This document shows, one piece after another, positions 8,323-17,094 of a stretch of 57,174 nucleotides of DNA. Origin of the DNA: a virus. Lineage: Duplodnaviria; Caudoviricetes. The number at the start of each line of letters is the position of its first letter. The first letter of the stretch is position 1. The notes under the pieces are model-generated. The model did no database searches and was not told the origin of the DNA. It saw only the letters and a list, made by a program, of their open reading frames with translations. The stretch lies in the IMG/VR virus record IMGVR_UViG_3300049995_000009, positions 1 through 57,174 of that record; one strand, given 5' to 3'. A program made the translations under genes and the position numbers.

Positions 8323-8568
8323 TTAACTTGCATCATTGGCGCGATGCAATGTTATTGATACCGCGTCTGCGCCTTTGGTAAAATCCGCCCTGATGTATGA
8401 GAATGGGCGTTCTCCCCCAAACATTCTCATTGATGCGTCACCTGGGTTTTGAGAGTTGTTGCATTTTGGACACCTGGCGATGTAAGAGTTCTGGAAAAAA
8501 TCATTTCCCTTTGGGAATTCTGATTCATCACCCACGTATCCGCATTTGTTGCATTTTACTCCTTGCAT
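8323..8568 (-). CDS. Zn-ribbon protein flanked by direct repeats
   Basis: CNKC...CPKC; GAAAGGAG RBS. Confidence 0.6.
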   Translation of the reverse strand: MQGVKCNKCGYVGDESEFPKGNDFFQNSYIARCPKCNNSQNPGDASMRMFGGERPFSYIRADFTKGADAVSITLHRANDAS

Positions 8569-8649
8569 GAAAATCTCCTTTCATTTCGTCGGTGCTGCGC
8601 TGCCGTCTATCCAAAATCTGGACCATGTCACGAACAGCGCAGCACCTTG

Positions 8650-8845
8650 TTGCCTGCCCCGATGCACTCCCGACGCACCAATCATACTCAATCGAGACTG
8701 AGCGCATCGGGCAGGTTGGCCGCCCGTTTCGTGGCGTCAGTGATGATGCACAGAAATTGCAGTTACAGGTGCATTTTGCCGATAGGCTGTAACCCCGTTT
8801 CGGACTACTGTGTATCATCATTCGCGCCACGATATTCAGTTGTAA
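8650..8845 (-). ncRNA. Candidate structured RNA starting with an ACAACTGAATAT box
   Basis: Nested stems 8730-36/8825-31, 8741-53/8808-20, 8762-68/8787-93 and hairpin 8653-69/8700-15; no convincing ORF. Strand is inferred from the box. Confidence 0.45.
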
Positions 8846-8973
8846 AGTTTGGCGGTTCCTCGCGCTAATTCTTGTCCAGGCGTCGTCACCGCCACAACCG
8901 AACATTTTTATAGCATGACGCGCCGCCGGAGTTGCACCAGCGGACTGTGCGCGTTGCCAACACCCAAAGTAAA

Positions 8974-9177
8974 TTATATAACTTGTTCTGCGGCTTGTTT
9001 TGCTTCGTCTGCCGATGCGCTCTTGCCTTGTGCCAAAGTCGTGTTTCCGGTGGCATCATATACGTACCAATCGCAGTGGCCGCCAAGCCAATCATAAACT
9101 GTCAGGCGGCGCGTTTCCGTTTTGGCATGATGGTGTTGGCGACCATCTTCTAGTTTAACAGTTGTCCAGTTCATCAT
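8974..9177 (-). CDS. Hypothetical protein
   Basis: GAGG RBS; G..ASADEAKQAAE motif common in small phage proteins. Confidence 0.55.
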   Translation of the reverse strand: MMNWTTVKLEDGRQHHHAKTETRRLTVYDWLGGHCDWYVYDATGNTTLAQGKSASADEAKQAAEQVI

Positions 9178-9223
9178 TTCGCCTCGATCCTGTCGCGGGG
9201 CGGTGGCTGTCCCGCCCCGATGG

Positions 9224-9445
9224 CTATGCTGCAATGTCAGTCACAACAGTTTCGGTTTTGACTTCCACGAACGAGCTGAATGTGTACCGCGCAATTCGAC
9301 TGCCTTCATCCATGCAATCATTAATCACTCGCGGGTTTTCGTCTACAAATTGCGTATTTCCTTGCGGACAAATCTCAATATATATGACTTGCGGCGCTTT
9401 CGGCTTTGCCGTCTTTGCCTTTTTGCTGGTCGGTTTCTCTGACAT
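9224..9445 (-). CDS. Hypothetical protein
   Basis: GAAAGGAAA RBS. Confidence 0.55.
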   Translation of the reverse strand: MSEKPTSKKAKTAKPKAPQVIYIEICPQGNTQFVDENPRVINDCMDEGSRIARYTFSSFVEVKTETVVTDIAA

Positions 9446-9483
9446 TTCGATTTCCTTTCATTATCCTGGCGGTGGTTGTGCCG

Positions 9484-9990
9484 CTAAAGTTCCACCGCAT
9501 TTGCCAAAGCTTCTTTGCGGATTTGCGCCGGTTCATGCAGACGTTCCAGGCTAGGCGTGTTCAGAATCAGGTCAAGTTTTGTCATGTCGAGTTGCCCGAT
9601 GGTCATCATATCCCCGCTCTTTGTGACAAATGAAGTAGCATTAGCTTGCTCTAGTGTCATAGTCTTGTGACCGTTCGGGATGCGGATGCGTACACCGCCC
9701 ATTCTTTTCCCGCCATACATCACGCCAGGATCACAGTACAACTCGATTGTCTTACCTGTCCAGTCGTCGGATTCCGGACCGTAGGTATCTTCCAGCGTTG
9801 TCCAGTTCGTGTTATTCAAGATCATCGGCTTGACATTGTCTCGGAAGTAGACAACCGGTTTGTCTTCGTCTTCACCGCCGCTCCTGCCCTGGATTGTGTC
9901 GAATCTGACAGTATCAATAGTTGCCATGACCGGCGTCTGTACGTCGTCTTTATTCACATATCGGCTCGGGAAAGCATCACTGCGTTTCAT
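9484..9990 (-). CDS. Putative ssDNA-binding/recombination protein
   Basis: FPSRY...KPVVYF...KPMILNNTN...YG.ESDDWTGK.I.L...GGVRIR, a widespread phage family; function inferred from context. Confidence 0.55.
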   Translation of the reverse strand: MKRSDAFPSRYVNKDDVQTPVMATIDTVRFDTIQGRSGGEDEDKPVVYFRDNVKPMILNNTNWTTLEDTYGPESDDWTGKTIELYCDPGVMYGGKRMGGVRIRIPNGHKTMTLEQANATSFVTKSGDMMTIGQLDMTKLDLILNTPSLERLHEPAQIRKEALANAVEL

Positions 9991-10129
9991 GTTATTGTCC
10001 TTTCATGTTTGTGTTCTGGTGGGGCGGCCCACCCCTGGGCCGCCCTGCTGCACGACTGTCATTCACTTTCTGTGATTCACTGCGGCTGGCGGTGCGGAGT
10101 CGCCGTCACTCTGTCGAATGTGGCACCTC

Positions 10130-10594
10130 CTAGTCTGGATGTGCGTAAAATTCAACTTCTTCGCGGCGATAGTTCCCGCAGGATTCCTCATCGTCAAAGT
10201 TTTCCTTGCTCGCCACAATGAGTCTTGCCAGCAAGACCAGATCCGGCAGCCAGTTCGAGCCGACCTTGTGCTCGGGATGCCAGCCGCCACTGGTGTCAAG
10301 CCACAGTGGAATGATTCTCATATCATGGGAGGGTTCTAGGCAATAGCAATCTCCAAGTCCACTGATATAACGGGGGAGTACCCTCCATGATTCGTGCGTC
10401 AGCTTATTCATTGCGTCCACAATATCGGAAAAATATTTGAATGGCGATTGCGGAATCGCAAAATCGCCTAGTGTGTGGTCGATGCGGTGCGGCGGTGTTT
10501 CCTCGTAGGCGTCGCGCGTTGCCTGCCGGTGTACTGTTTGGTCATTCATTGGTTTCTCCGTCAAATCAATCGCGCTGTACTCAATTTTATACAT
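10130..10594 (-). CDS. Hypothetical protein
   Basis: 154-aa ORF coupled to the upstream gene. Confidence 0.55.
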   Translation of the reverse strand: MYKIEYSAIDLTEKPMNDQTVHRQATRDAYEETPPHRIDHTLGDFAIPQSPFKYFSDIVDAMNKLTHESWRVLPRYISGLGDCYCLEPSHDMRIIPLWLDTSGGWHPEHKVGSNWLPDLVLLARLIVASKENFDDEESCGNYRREEVEFYAHPD

Positions 10595-10820
10595 CTCGCC
10601 TTGCTCGTCGTTTCTCTTTCCACTCTAGCGCCGCCTTGCGAATTGATAGAGCTTCTCTTTTGATGTCAATGCCCCTGTCAATTTGTTCCTGGTCTTCATC
10701 CATCCAATCCGCTAATGCCTCTATATTTATGATAATGCCGCAGGCTGCTGCCGCGATGTTTTCCAGAAATTCAAGTTCTTGATTACTTAGGCGTCTGCGT
10801 GATTTTCCGTTTTGCTTCAT
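10587..10820 (-). CDS. Hypothetical helical protein
   Basis: Operon context. Confidence 0.55.
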   Translation of the reverse strand: MKQNGKSRRRLSNQELEFLENIAAAACGIIINIEALADWMDEDQEQIDRGIDIKREALSIRKAALEWKEKRRARRDV

Positions 10821-11088
10821 CGTTCAGACTGGCTGACTCGTCAGTATAAAGCGCAGCCGATACCGCACCCGCGATTCCAAATCCCGCAAATAGCCACAAT
10901 GTAGTTGTAAGGTCAATGATTCCTGCTAGTGCCAGTGGAGCAGCCAATACAAATATTGTAAAGACTCCCATTGTCCACCGCGCCCGCTCGTATCGTTTCC
11001 ACCTGGCTGCAAAGAGTCCATGTTCGGCGGCCATGATGAGTGCAAGGGCGAGAAGATAGCATATTTTCCATTCAATGAAGTTAGTCAC
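10783..11088 (-). CDS. Small 3-TM membrane protein
   Basis: Three hydrophobic helices. Confidence 0.6.
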   Translation of the reverse strand: MTNFIEWKICYLLALALIMAAEHGLFAARWKRYERARWTMGVFTIFVLAAPLALAGIIDLTTTLWLFAGFGIAGAVSAALYTDESASLNDEAKRKITQTPK

Positions 11089-11105
11089 AAAACAACCTTT
11101 TTGTG

Positions 11106-11300
11106 CTATCCTTGTACTAATCGAGAGCGCCGCCGAGCAGCCTTTCCGCTAATGCGCGCGACGGGTGTCGCGGCCTGATTGCGGCGGCGCTCTCGCTCTT
11201 GGCGGCTAATGTCGCGGCACAGGGTAATAAATTCTGATAAGGCGGGACTCAATCCAATGAGTTCTGGCCTGATACTATTATGCTTGATGGTGGTGCTCAT
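11106..11300 (-). CDS. Small basic hypothetical protein
   Basis: Arg-rich ORF with an RBS-like purine tract. Confidence 0.45.
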   Translation of the reverse strand: MSTTIKHNSIRPELIGLSPALSEFITLCRDISRQERERRRNQAATPVARISGKAARRRSRLVQG

Positions 11301-11599
11301 GCTTCCACTCCGCAGATGAGTGCGATCACAAGAATAAAGAAAAATGCGGCGATGATGAACAGCATGATGTCACTTTCCTTTCTTGCTAGTAATGCCCGTT
11401 GGGCCTATGCGCTTACCATCGGGCCTTTTGGATGTCTTGAGAACAACGGGCGGTCTTGGAGGCGTCTTGGGTATCTCTGTCATTGCTCTACTCCTTGTAT
11501 GTTCTTGGTCTCAAATGTCCGCCGGCAACGCCGCCGGATCGTTGCTCATCGCCACACCGCGTTTGCGGCTCCCGGCTGTGGAGCGGCGGGCATCCGAGG

Positions 11600-11815
11600 T
11601 CAAGTGAGATCACCTGTGTACACGCCAACCAAATCCATCGCTTCTAATTGCTCGACAGTGTATGTTTCTGTCGCTTGGGGCCGTCCGATGATTTTGCCGT
11701 CTAACCATTCGAGATGGTGTTGCCATGCTTGCTCAGGCGGTTCGTGAAAACTACGGACAACATACCTGCGGGCATATTTGTCTTTCGGGTTATGAGTGTT
11801 TGATATGAATCTCAT
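11600..11815 (-). CDS. Hypothetical protein
   Basis: ATGA-coupled. Confidence 0.55.
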   Translation of the reverse strand: MRFISNTHNPKDKYARRYVVRSFHEPPEQAWQHHLEWLDGKIIGRPQATETYTVEQLEAMDLVGVYTGDLT

Positions 11816-12048
11816 CGTCCCCCCCTTCGCGCCAGGAATGGCGGTTCGGCCTGCGGGTCTGGTTGCGGCTGCGCTTGTGGCGCTGCGACAAGGTGGAATG
11901 TCTTGCCATATTCGGATTTGTCTACCACCTCAACCAATCCCCTTTTCACGAGGGATTCAAATGTGCGCATAGATGAAGATGTGTATCCGGTGTACAGGTC
12001 GCCGTATTTGCGCATAGATTGAAGTAGTTGCTTTTGTTTGGGAGTCAT
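11812..12048 (-). CDS. Small winged-helix-like protein
   Basis: MTPKQKQLL...RTFESLVKRGLVEV pattern; 3' end duplicated from the upstream gene. Confidence 0.6.
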   Translation of the reverse strand: MTPKQKQLLQSMRKYGDLYTGYTSSSMRTFESLVKRGLVEVVDKSEYGKTFHLVAAPQAQPQPDPQAEPPFLARRGGR

Positions 12049-12263
12049 TGTCCCCCCCTTCGCGCGGTCGGTTCGGCCTGCGGGTCTGGTTGCGGCTGCG
12101 CACTGTCGCCGTTGGTGGGGGGCTGAGGCGCTTGGTCAATGATGTACTGAATTGCCTGAGAGAACTTGCGTAAGAATGTGTACCTCTCCATATAGGAGTG
12201 TACTTTCTGAATGTGATTGGGATAGAGCGTGATATTTTGTGTTTCGGCTCTTTCTTCTGCCAT
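12045..12263 (-). CDS. Cro-position ribbon-helix-helix-like regulator
   Basis: NITLYP...KFSQAIQYIID RHH-like pattern; first gene of the leftward operon, divergent from the repressor. Confidence 0.6.
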   Translation of the reverse strand: MAEERAETQNITLYPNHIQKVHSYMERYTFLRKFSQAIQYIIDQAPQPPTNGDSAQPQPDPQAEPTARRGGQ

Positions 12264-12302
12264 CGTTTCCTCACTCTGGGGAATTTCTCTTCACTGTGAA
12301 GG

Positions 12303-12331
12303 AGTATACACCAAGACGCATAAAATGTCAA
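12303..12331 (-). promoter_or_regulatory. Sigma70-type early leftward promoter
   Basis: TTGACA-17 bp-TATACT on the minus strand. Confidence 0.8.
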
Positions 12332-12370
12332 TAAGCAGTTTTTTATGTCAGTTAGGTGTAAAATAGGGGC

Positions 12371-12865
12371 ATGATGACTATGAAGGCTTGGTTAGATCAA
12401 AAGTTCGCAGACTGGCGCGGAGCAGACAGAGCGAAGGACTTGATAGATTTTTCCAAGTATCTAGGAATTGAGTATGGCACACTCAATAACTGGATGAATG
12501 GAACGCGCAACCCTAAAAAAGAAAATGTCGCAAAACTCTCAGAGAAGTTAGGGTTAGAGGCTTATGACGTGGCCGGCTTTGCGCGGCCTGGTATAGAAGG
12601 CACAGAACCGTACATGGTCTCCAAGTTTGCCCTGGGCTGGAAGATGTTCCCGCCCGACTTGCAGCGCGACTATGAAGAATTCTTCGCCTCTGCCACATCA
12701 GAGGAGGTAGTCGAATTGTTCAAGGACGTGATAAAGACGCGACTTTCGCGCGGGAAACAGGTCGCCTCCGATGCCGACGATGAGCACGACGAAGAACCTG
12801 CTTCGCCTCAGAAGAAGTCAGGACGGAAGCAAGCACGGTTGTCGCGGCGCGTGGATGGCGCTTGA
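12371..12865 (+). CDS. CI-like XRE repressor
   Basis: FSKYLGIEYGTLNNWMNGTRNP HTH; divergent orientation. Confidence 0.8.
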   Translation: MMTMKAWLDQKFADWRGADRAKDLIDFSKYLGIEYGTLNNWMNGTRNPKKENVAKLSEKLGLEAYDVAGFARPGIEGTEPYMVSKFALGWKMFPPDLQRDYEEFFASATSEEVVELFKDVIKTRLSRGKQVASDADDEHDEEPASPQKKSGRKQARLSRRVDGA

Positions 12866-13090
12866 TGATGCTGGCAAGTGACATATCCATATCCTTTGGG
12901 CAGGCAATATACCAGATTAGTGTACAACAAATTGCATACGAGCACAATAGGGGATTTACGCAAATCTGCCGCAAATATTACACGATTATACGGATATTCA
13001 CTTATCCCAAGTTTATCCCAATATCGCAGATAGGGCAGGGGGTAATGAAAAGCCGCGCTGAGGGCGCGGCGGGGAACTTTGAAAAGTGAA

Positions 13091-13324
13091 TCAGTCACAG
13101 ACTTCTATCAATGTGTCGGGGTCAATGTAGCGACTGATCTGACGCGGCCAGGGCGTACCATCCCTGAGTTGTCCGCCATCAACAAGGCGAGCGAATTTGA
13201 CAGTCTCACCTGTTCTACTGTAGCCGATACATTCCCATGCGCAGCGCGAATGAGGTAGCTTGACAACCTTGTTGAACAGGTCTGGATTCCCTGCTATATC
13301 ACTGGCCATCCTTTTAGTTGTCAT
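13091..13324 (-). CDS. Hypothetical protein
   Basis: AAGGTG RBS. Confidence 0.5.
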   Translation of the reverse strand: MTTKRMASDIAGNPDLFNKVVKLPHSRCAWECIGYSRTGETVKFARLVDGGQLRDGTPWPRQISRYIDPDTLIEVCD

Positions 13325-13345
13325 TTTTGCACCTTACCAATTGAA

Positions 13346-13591
13346 TCAGGAAAACTTTAGAAACGAGTCGAGATAGTATTCGATTGCATCTGTGACCAGA
13401 CGATTGACGGGCTTTGCATGTTTCTTTGAGCATCGGTGTAATCGCTCGATCAGCGCAGGCGGCAACTTTAGCGGGTGCTGCTGGTACAACTCGCTCTCCG
13501 GCTTGCGCTTCGGCCCTGGCCGTGATGCGCAAGCCGGCTCGTGCGGGATGCTGCCGCAAGTCGGGCAGGGACGGCGAGGCGGGGTGGTCAT
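13346..13591 (-). CDS. Ribbon-helix-helix-like DNA-binding protein
   Basis: RPGPKRKP...LKLPPALIERL...VNRLVTDAIEYYL. Confidence 0.6.
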   Translation of the reverse strand: MTTPPRRPCPTCGSIPHEPACASRPGPKRKPESELYQQHPLKLPPALIERLHRCSKKHAKPVNRLVTDAIEYYLDSFLKFS

Positions 13592-13740
13592 TGCTTGGCT
13601 TCCTTGCCTTTCTTTAGATTGCGCCCGACTCTCAGACGATCTTTGATGTACTGTTTGAGCGTCTTTTTCCAGTCTGGATTTGCCGCGAGCGTGGCATAGT
13701 ATTCAAATTCGAGTTGTCGTTTCAGTTCGTCATTGTCCAT
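13588..13740 (-). CDS. Small hypothetical protein
   Basis: AAGGA RBS before MDNDELK; ATGA coupling. Confidence 0.55.
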   Translation of the reverse strand: MDNDELKRQLEFEYYATLAANPDWKKTLKQYIKDRLRVGRNLKKGKEAKQ

Positions 13741-13792
13741 TTTCTTATCCTTGCGCCGGTGGTGTCGGGTCGGCGCGCCCAATGAGTGTTAG

Positions 13793-14059
13793 TTACATTG
13801 AAACGATCTTGTAGAGTGACTGCGGGAAAACATATTGCAGGTCTGTTTCTTTTGCACGATGTTCGGTGATTGCGGCCTGTCTTTCCATCCCGCGTGAAAT
13901 TCGGTCTTTGATCGTTTCAACATCCGTGGCTGCAATTGTGCGGCGTGTCCATTCGATTTTGATTCCGCGCTCAATTGCACGTGCTTCGAGTTGATTGCGG
14001 TAGATTGATTCTGTTACTGGTGTCATGTCTGTCCCGGTCATCTGATAATGGAGTTTCAT
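13793..14059 (-). CDS. Hypothetical protein
   Basis: GAAAGGA RBS and a strong promoter upstream. Confidence 0.6.
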   Translation of the reverse strand: MKLHYQMTGTDMTPVTESIYRNQLEARAIERGIKIEWTRRTIAATDVETIKDRISRGMERQAAITEHRAKETDLQYVFPQSLYKIVSM

Positions 14060-14089
14060 TTTCTTCGTCCTTTCTCTGAATGTGAATAC

Positions 14090-14118
14090 AGTATATACTA
14101 CATTGCACCAAATGTCAA
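14090..14118 (-). promoter_or_regulatory. Sigma70-type leftward promoter
   Basis: TTGACA-17 bp-TATACT. Confidence 0.8.
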
Positions 14119-14177
14119 TAGGTCCGTGAATTCTTTAAGGTTTGCACATTTGTTTTAAAACGAGGCAATTTTTAGCT

Positions 14178-15770
14178 ATGAAAGCCGTCATTTATGCCCG
14201 CGTCTCGACAGACGAACAGGCGACGAACTACAGCCTGCCAACGCAGTTAGCCGCCTGTCGTGACTATGCGGCCGCGCATGATATGGCCGTGGTGGGCGAA
14301 TTCTCCGATGACTTCACCGGCACGGTGCCAATTGAGCACAGGCCCGAAGGCGGCAAGGCTTACGAGTTGCTGCAAAGCGATAGCGCCGATGCTATCATCG
14401 TGCATCGTGCGAGCCGGCTCTATCGCCCGGCCAATGAGGGCGACGAATTCAAAACGCCGCTGATGATTCAATCATTGGCGGAACTCAAAAAAGAAATCCA
14501 TACGTGCAACCACGGGAAAATCGAAACGACATTTAGTGATCTACTTGTTGCATTGTTTGAATTCAAATTCGCAGGCGACGAGCGCCGCGCCATCATGGAG
14601 CGCATGATCCGGGGCAAAACTGCCATGCTGAAGGCAGGCGGTCTGATTGTCACCTGGCCGCCGTTTGGTTACCGTATAACGGGCGAGAAACGCGACGCGC
14701 TAGAGATTGTCGAGGATGAGGCTGCGATAGTGCGCGCGATTTTCGTATGGGCCATGCGCGGCGATGATGGCAACGGCCCACTGTCTATGTGGCAAATCGC
14801 CAAGCGACTCACCGATATGCACGTGCTGACGCATCGGGATAAGATCGGTAACGCGCGCCATGCCTACAAGGAAGGCACGTGGTCGCCAACGGATGTTAGT
14901 CGGCTGCTGGCTCGTGCGGCCTATGTCGGCACTTATGAGTATGATTTCAATGGACGGGTATACAGCGCGCAAGTCCCGCAGATAGTCTCCCGCGAAATGT
15001 ATGACACTGCCCAGGCGATGCGCGAACAGAATGCACGCTATTCACCGCGCAACACAAGAGGCAAGGCGAGATACCTTGTAGCCGGGATGATTCACTGTGG
15101 TTGCGGCTGCGGCCTGGCTTACGCTGGCAACACAAATAACGGGCGCGCCTGGTACGTTCCTATGGGCAAATCTCAAATGCAGTACACGCCCCAGCGCTGC
15201 ACAGGTGTCCAGGTTCCAGCGCCGGAGGTGGAAACGGCTGTGGTGGACTATATCAAAATGGCAACGCGCTCAGAATCTTTTGACGTTTATCTTGTCGAAG
15301 CGGCGCGCAACTCTAGCGGAGTGGATGAACGGCGGGCAGAATTGGCGCGGATCACACAAGAGATTGAACAATGCAGCGCAGAGGCGGCGCGGCTGGTGGA
15401 CTTGGTTGCGGCAGGCGATTTGGTTGCCGATGCGCTGGCGGCCAAGTCGAGGGCACTGGACGAATGGCACACGGAGCTAATAGCGCAGCGCAATACTACT
15501 GAGGCGGAAATAAACCGACTGGCGCTATCAGACGACGACGTACAGCGCTATCTACAACTCCGCGCTGATATTAGTCTGGGCCTGGAGGCGGCCACGCGCG
15601 AACAGATGCGCGCGATCCTGCGCGCCTGCGGGCTGGAAATTATCGTCAAAGACGGCGCGGTTATTATCAGCGCCAGGGCGTTTGAGTTCATTCCGCCCAG
15701 CGAGCCGATACAGGTCAGACAAAATGTCAGGCGTCGCCGCTCATCGCCGCGTCAATCAGATCGTGAATAA
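14178..15770 (+). CDS. Large serine recombinase (integrase)
   Basis: MKAVIYARVSTDEQ catalytic motif; PFGY recombinase domain; CGCG Zn-ribbon region; coiled coil. Confidence 0.92.
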   Translation: MKAVIYARVSTDEQATNYSLPTQLAACRDYAAAHDMAVVGEFSDDFTGTVPIEHRPEGGKAYELLQSDSADAIIVHRASRLYRPANEGDEFKTPLMIQSLAELKKEIHTCNHGKIETTFSDLLVALFEFKFAGDERRAIMERMIRGKTAMLKAGGLIVTWPPFGYRITGEKRDALEIVEDEAAIVRAIFVWAMRGDDGNGPLSMWQIAKRLTDMHVLTHRDKIGNARHAYKEGTWSPTDVSRLLARAAYVGTYEYDFNGRVYSAQVPQIVSREMYDTAQAMREQNARYSPRNTRGKARYLVAGMIHCGCGCGLAYAGNTNNGRAWYVPMGKSQMQYTPQRCTGVQVPAPEVETAVVDYIKMATRSESFDVYLVEAARNSSGVDERRAELARITQEIEQCSAEAARLVDLVAAGDLVADALAAKSRALDEWHTELIAQRNTTEAEINRLALSDDDVQRYLQLRADISLGLEAATREQMRAILRACGLEIIVKDGAVIISARAFEFIPPSEPIQVRQNVRRRRSSPRQSDRE

Positions 15771-16050
15771 CTGCGGACTTTCCACCACGCGCTTCACAAT
15801 AGGCAATTTGTTTTTCAGTGAGGATTAGTGATGTGTTCGGCGGCGTGCCGACTGCGTGGCGCTTGATTCGTGCGGCTCTGGCGGCGGCCTGTTCCGCTCG
15901 CTCTAATGAGATTCCGAATTCAGTGCGCAACTGGTCGGTGACAGACTCCATGTTTGATGCGCCGCTTTCGTATAGCTTGATAAGTTCTCTGGCGCGTCCA
16001 TAAACCGGGTCGCGCTGCGCCTTCGTGGTCGTGGTGCGCTTTTTCGCCAT
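15727..16050 (-). CDS. Small DNA-binding-like protein convergent with the integrase
   Basis: C-terminal RHH-like SLILTEKQ...KSAVIHDLID; GAGG RBS. Confidence 0.5.
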   Translation of the reverse strand: MAKKRTTTTKAQRDPVYGRARELIKLYESGASNMESVTDQLRTEFGISLERAEQAAARAARIKRHAVGTPPNTSLILTEKQIAYCEARGGKSAVIHDLIDAAMSGDA

Positions 16051-16148
16051 GTTCGCCTCACAAGAAAATCTCGGTCAGCGGAGGATTCTCCGGCCTGACC
16101 TGATAATTGATGAGTTGTGTTGCTTAACTGTCTGGCGCAAGATTGATA

Positions 16149-16361
16149 TTATTGCTGGGAGAGATATTCCTCTCCGGCGTCCTTGGCTTCCCAATGCGAT
16201 GAGAAGCCCTCTGTACTCTCAAAGAGCACTTCATCGCCAACAACCATGCGCTGTTCCAATTCAGAGAAATATTCTTCTCTGATTTGGAAATGATAACCAT
16301 CCGCTTCGGTTCTGCCTGATCTAACGGTCACTATCCTGTTGATCTCATTGTCCATTTTCAT
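16149..16361 (-). CDS. Hypothetical protein
   Basis: AAAAGGAAA RBS. Confidence 0.55.
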   Translation of the reverse strand: MKMDNEINRIVTVRSGRTEADGYHFQIREEYFSELEQRMVVGDEVLFESTEGFSSHWEAKDAGEEYLSQQ

Positions 16362-16369
16362 TTCCTTTT

Positions 16370-16521
16370 CTAAAGGAGCTTGAGAAATTTCATGCGACTA
16401 ATATCAATAATTTCCTGTGCGCTTTCAGCCATCAGCATTTTCCCTGTGCGATGTACTTATCACGTAGTTCTGTCATTTCAGCGATTTTCTTTAGTAATTG
16501 CAACTTTGCTTCATTATCCAT
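16370..16521 (-). pseudogene. Small helical ORF split by a -1 frameshift at G GGA AAA
   Basis: MDNEAKLQLLKKIAEMTELRDKYIAQGK then MLMAESAQEIIDISRMKFLKLL in the -1 frame. Confidence 0.4.
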
Positions 16522-16551
16522 TTTCGTTTCCTTTCTCGTTTGATTGTCTAT

Positions 16552-16580
16552 ATTATGCGCTATATAGCATAGAATGTACA
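16552..16580 (-). promoter_or_regulatory. Leftward promoter with the palindrome GCTATATAGC in the spacer
   Basis: TGTACA-17 bp-CATAAT. Confidence 0.5.
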
Positions 16581-16673
16581 CAGTAGAAACTACTGAATTC
16601 TGGTAGTCATAATAAACTCGCTACTATTGCGTTTCGCTGTTCCAAAACAGGGTAACGCAATGGAGTAGGGGGA

Positions 16674-16703
16674 TTGACATATAGAGAGAATGTGTGGTAA
16701 AAT
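16674..16703 (+). promoter_or_regulatory. Rightward (late-arm) promoter
   Basis: TTGACA-18 bp-TAAAAT with an extended TG. Confidence 0.7.
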
Positions 16704-16734
16704 GATAACACTTCTAAGGCTTATTACTGGAAAG

Positions 16735-16842
16735 ATGACTGAGGATGACTTGCTCGATTTATTTAAAACGATTCGCATTGCGCTTTTGATGGTGGTGCGC
16801 TGGATCGAGCATCGGTATCCATCTCTAAAATCCAGCCGTTAG
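16735..16842 (+). CDS. 35-aa leader ORF (MTEDDLLDLFKTIRIALLMVVRWIEHRYPSLKSSR)
   Basis: Manual translation; lies between the promoter and a terminator. Confidence 0.5.
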   Translation: MTEDDLLDLFKTIRIALLMVVRWIEHRYPSLKSSR

Positions 16843-16893
16843 AGTTGTGCCTCTGTAGGTTCAGCTCGAAATAGCAGTAAGGAAGAGCAAGTC

Positions 16894-16919
16894 GCCCATC
16901 CCGAAAGGGGTGGGCTTTT
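16894..16919 (+). terminator. Intrinsic terminator with a GAAA tetraloop
   Basis: GCCCATCCC-GAAA-GGGGTGGGC-TTTT. Confidence 0.75.
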
Positions 16920-16938
16920 CGTTTAAGGAGAATTATCA

Positions 16939-17094
16939 ATGGACAAGTTGTATTTATGGCTTGCATGGAAGTTGCCGCACGAATTAGTAAAATGGTGCGC
17001 AGTGCGTTTGATGGCCCATGCGACAGCGGGGCAATATAGTAGTCAAGTCGTGCCAGATTTGCTTGCAATGGACGCTTTGAGACGTTGGGGTTAG
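16939..17094 (+). CDS. Small hypothetical phage protein
   Basis: TAAGGAG RBS; MDKLYLWLAWKLPHELVKWCAVRLMAHATAG...AMDALRRWG. Confidence 0.7.
   Translation: MDKLYLWLAWKLPHELVKWCAVRLMAHATAGQYSSQVVPDLLAMDALRRWG

Noticed and set aside
8722-8745. Hammerhead ribozyme core (CTGACG...GAAAC on the minus strand)
   Set aside because: Lacks the CUGAnGA consensus and has no room for stem II.
8528-8905. Minus-strand 125-aa Cys-rich ORF
   Set aside because: No RBS, atypical composition, overlaps the next gene, and coincides with extensive base-pairing better explained as RNA structure.
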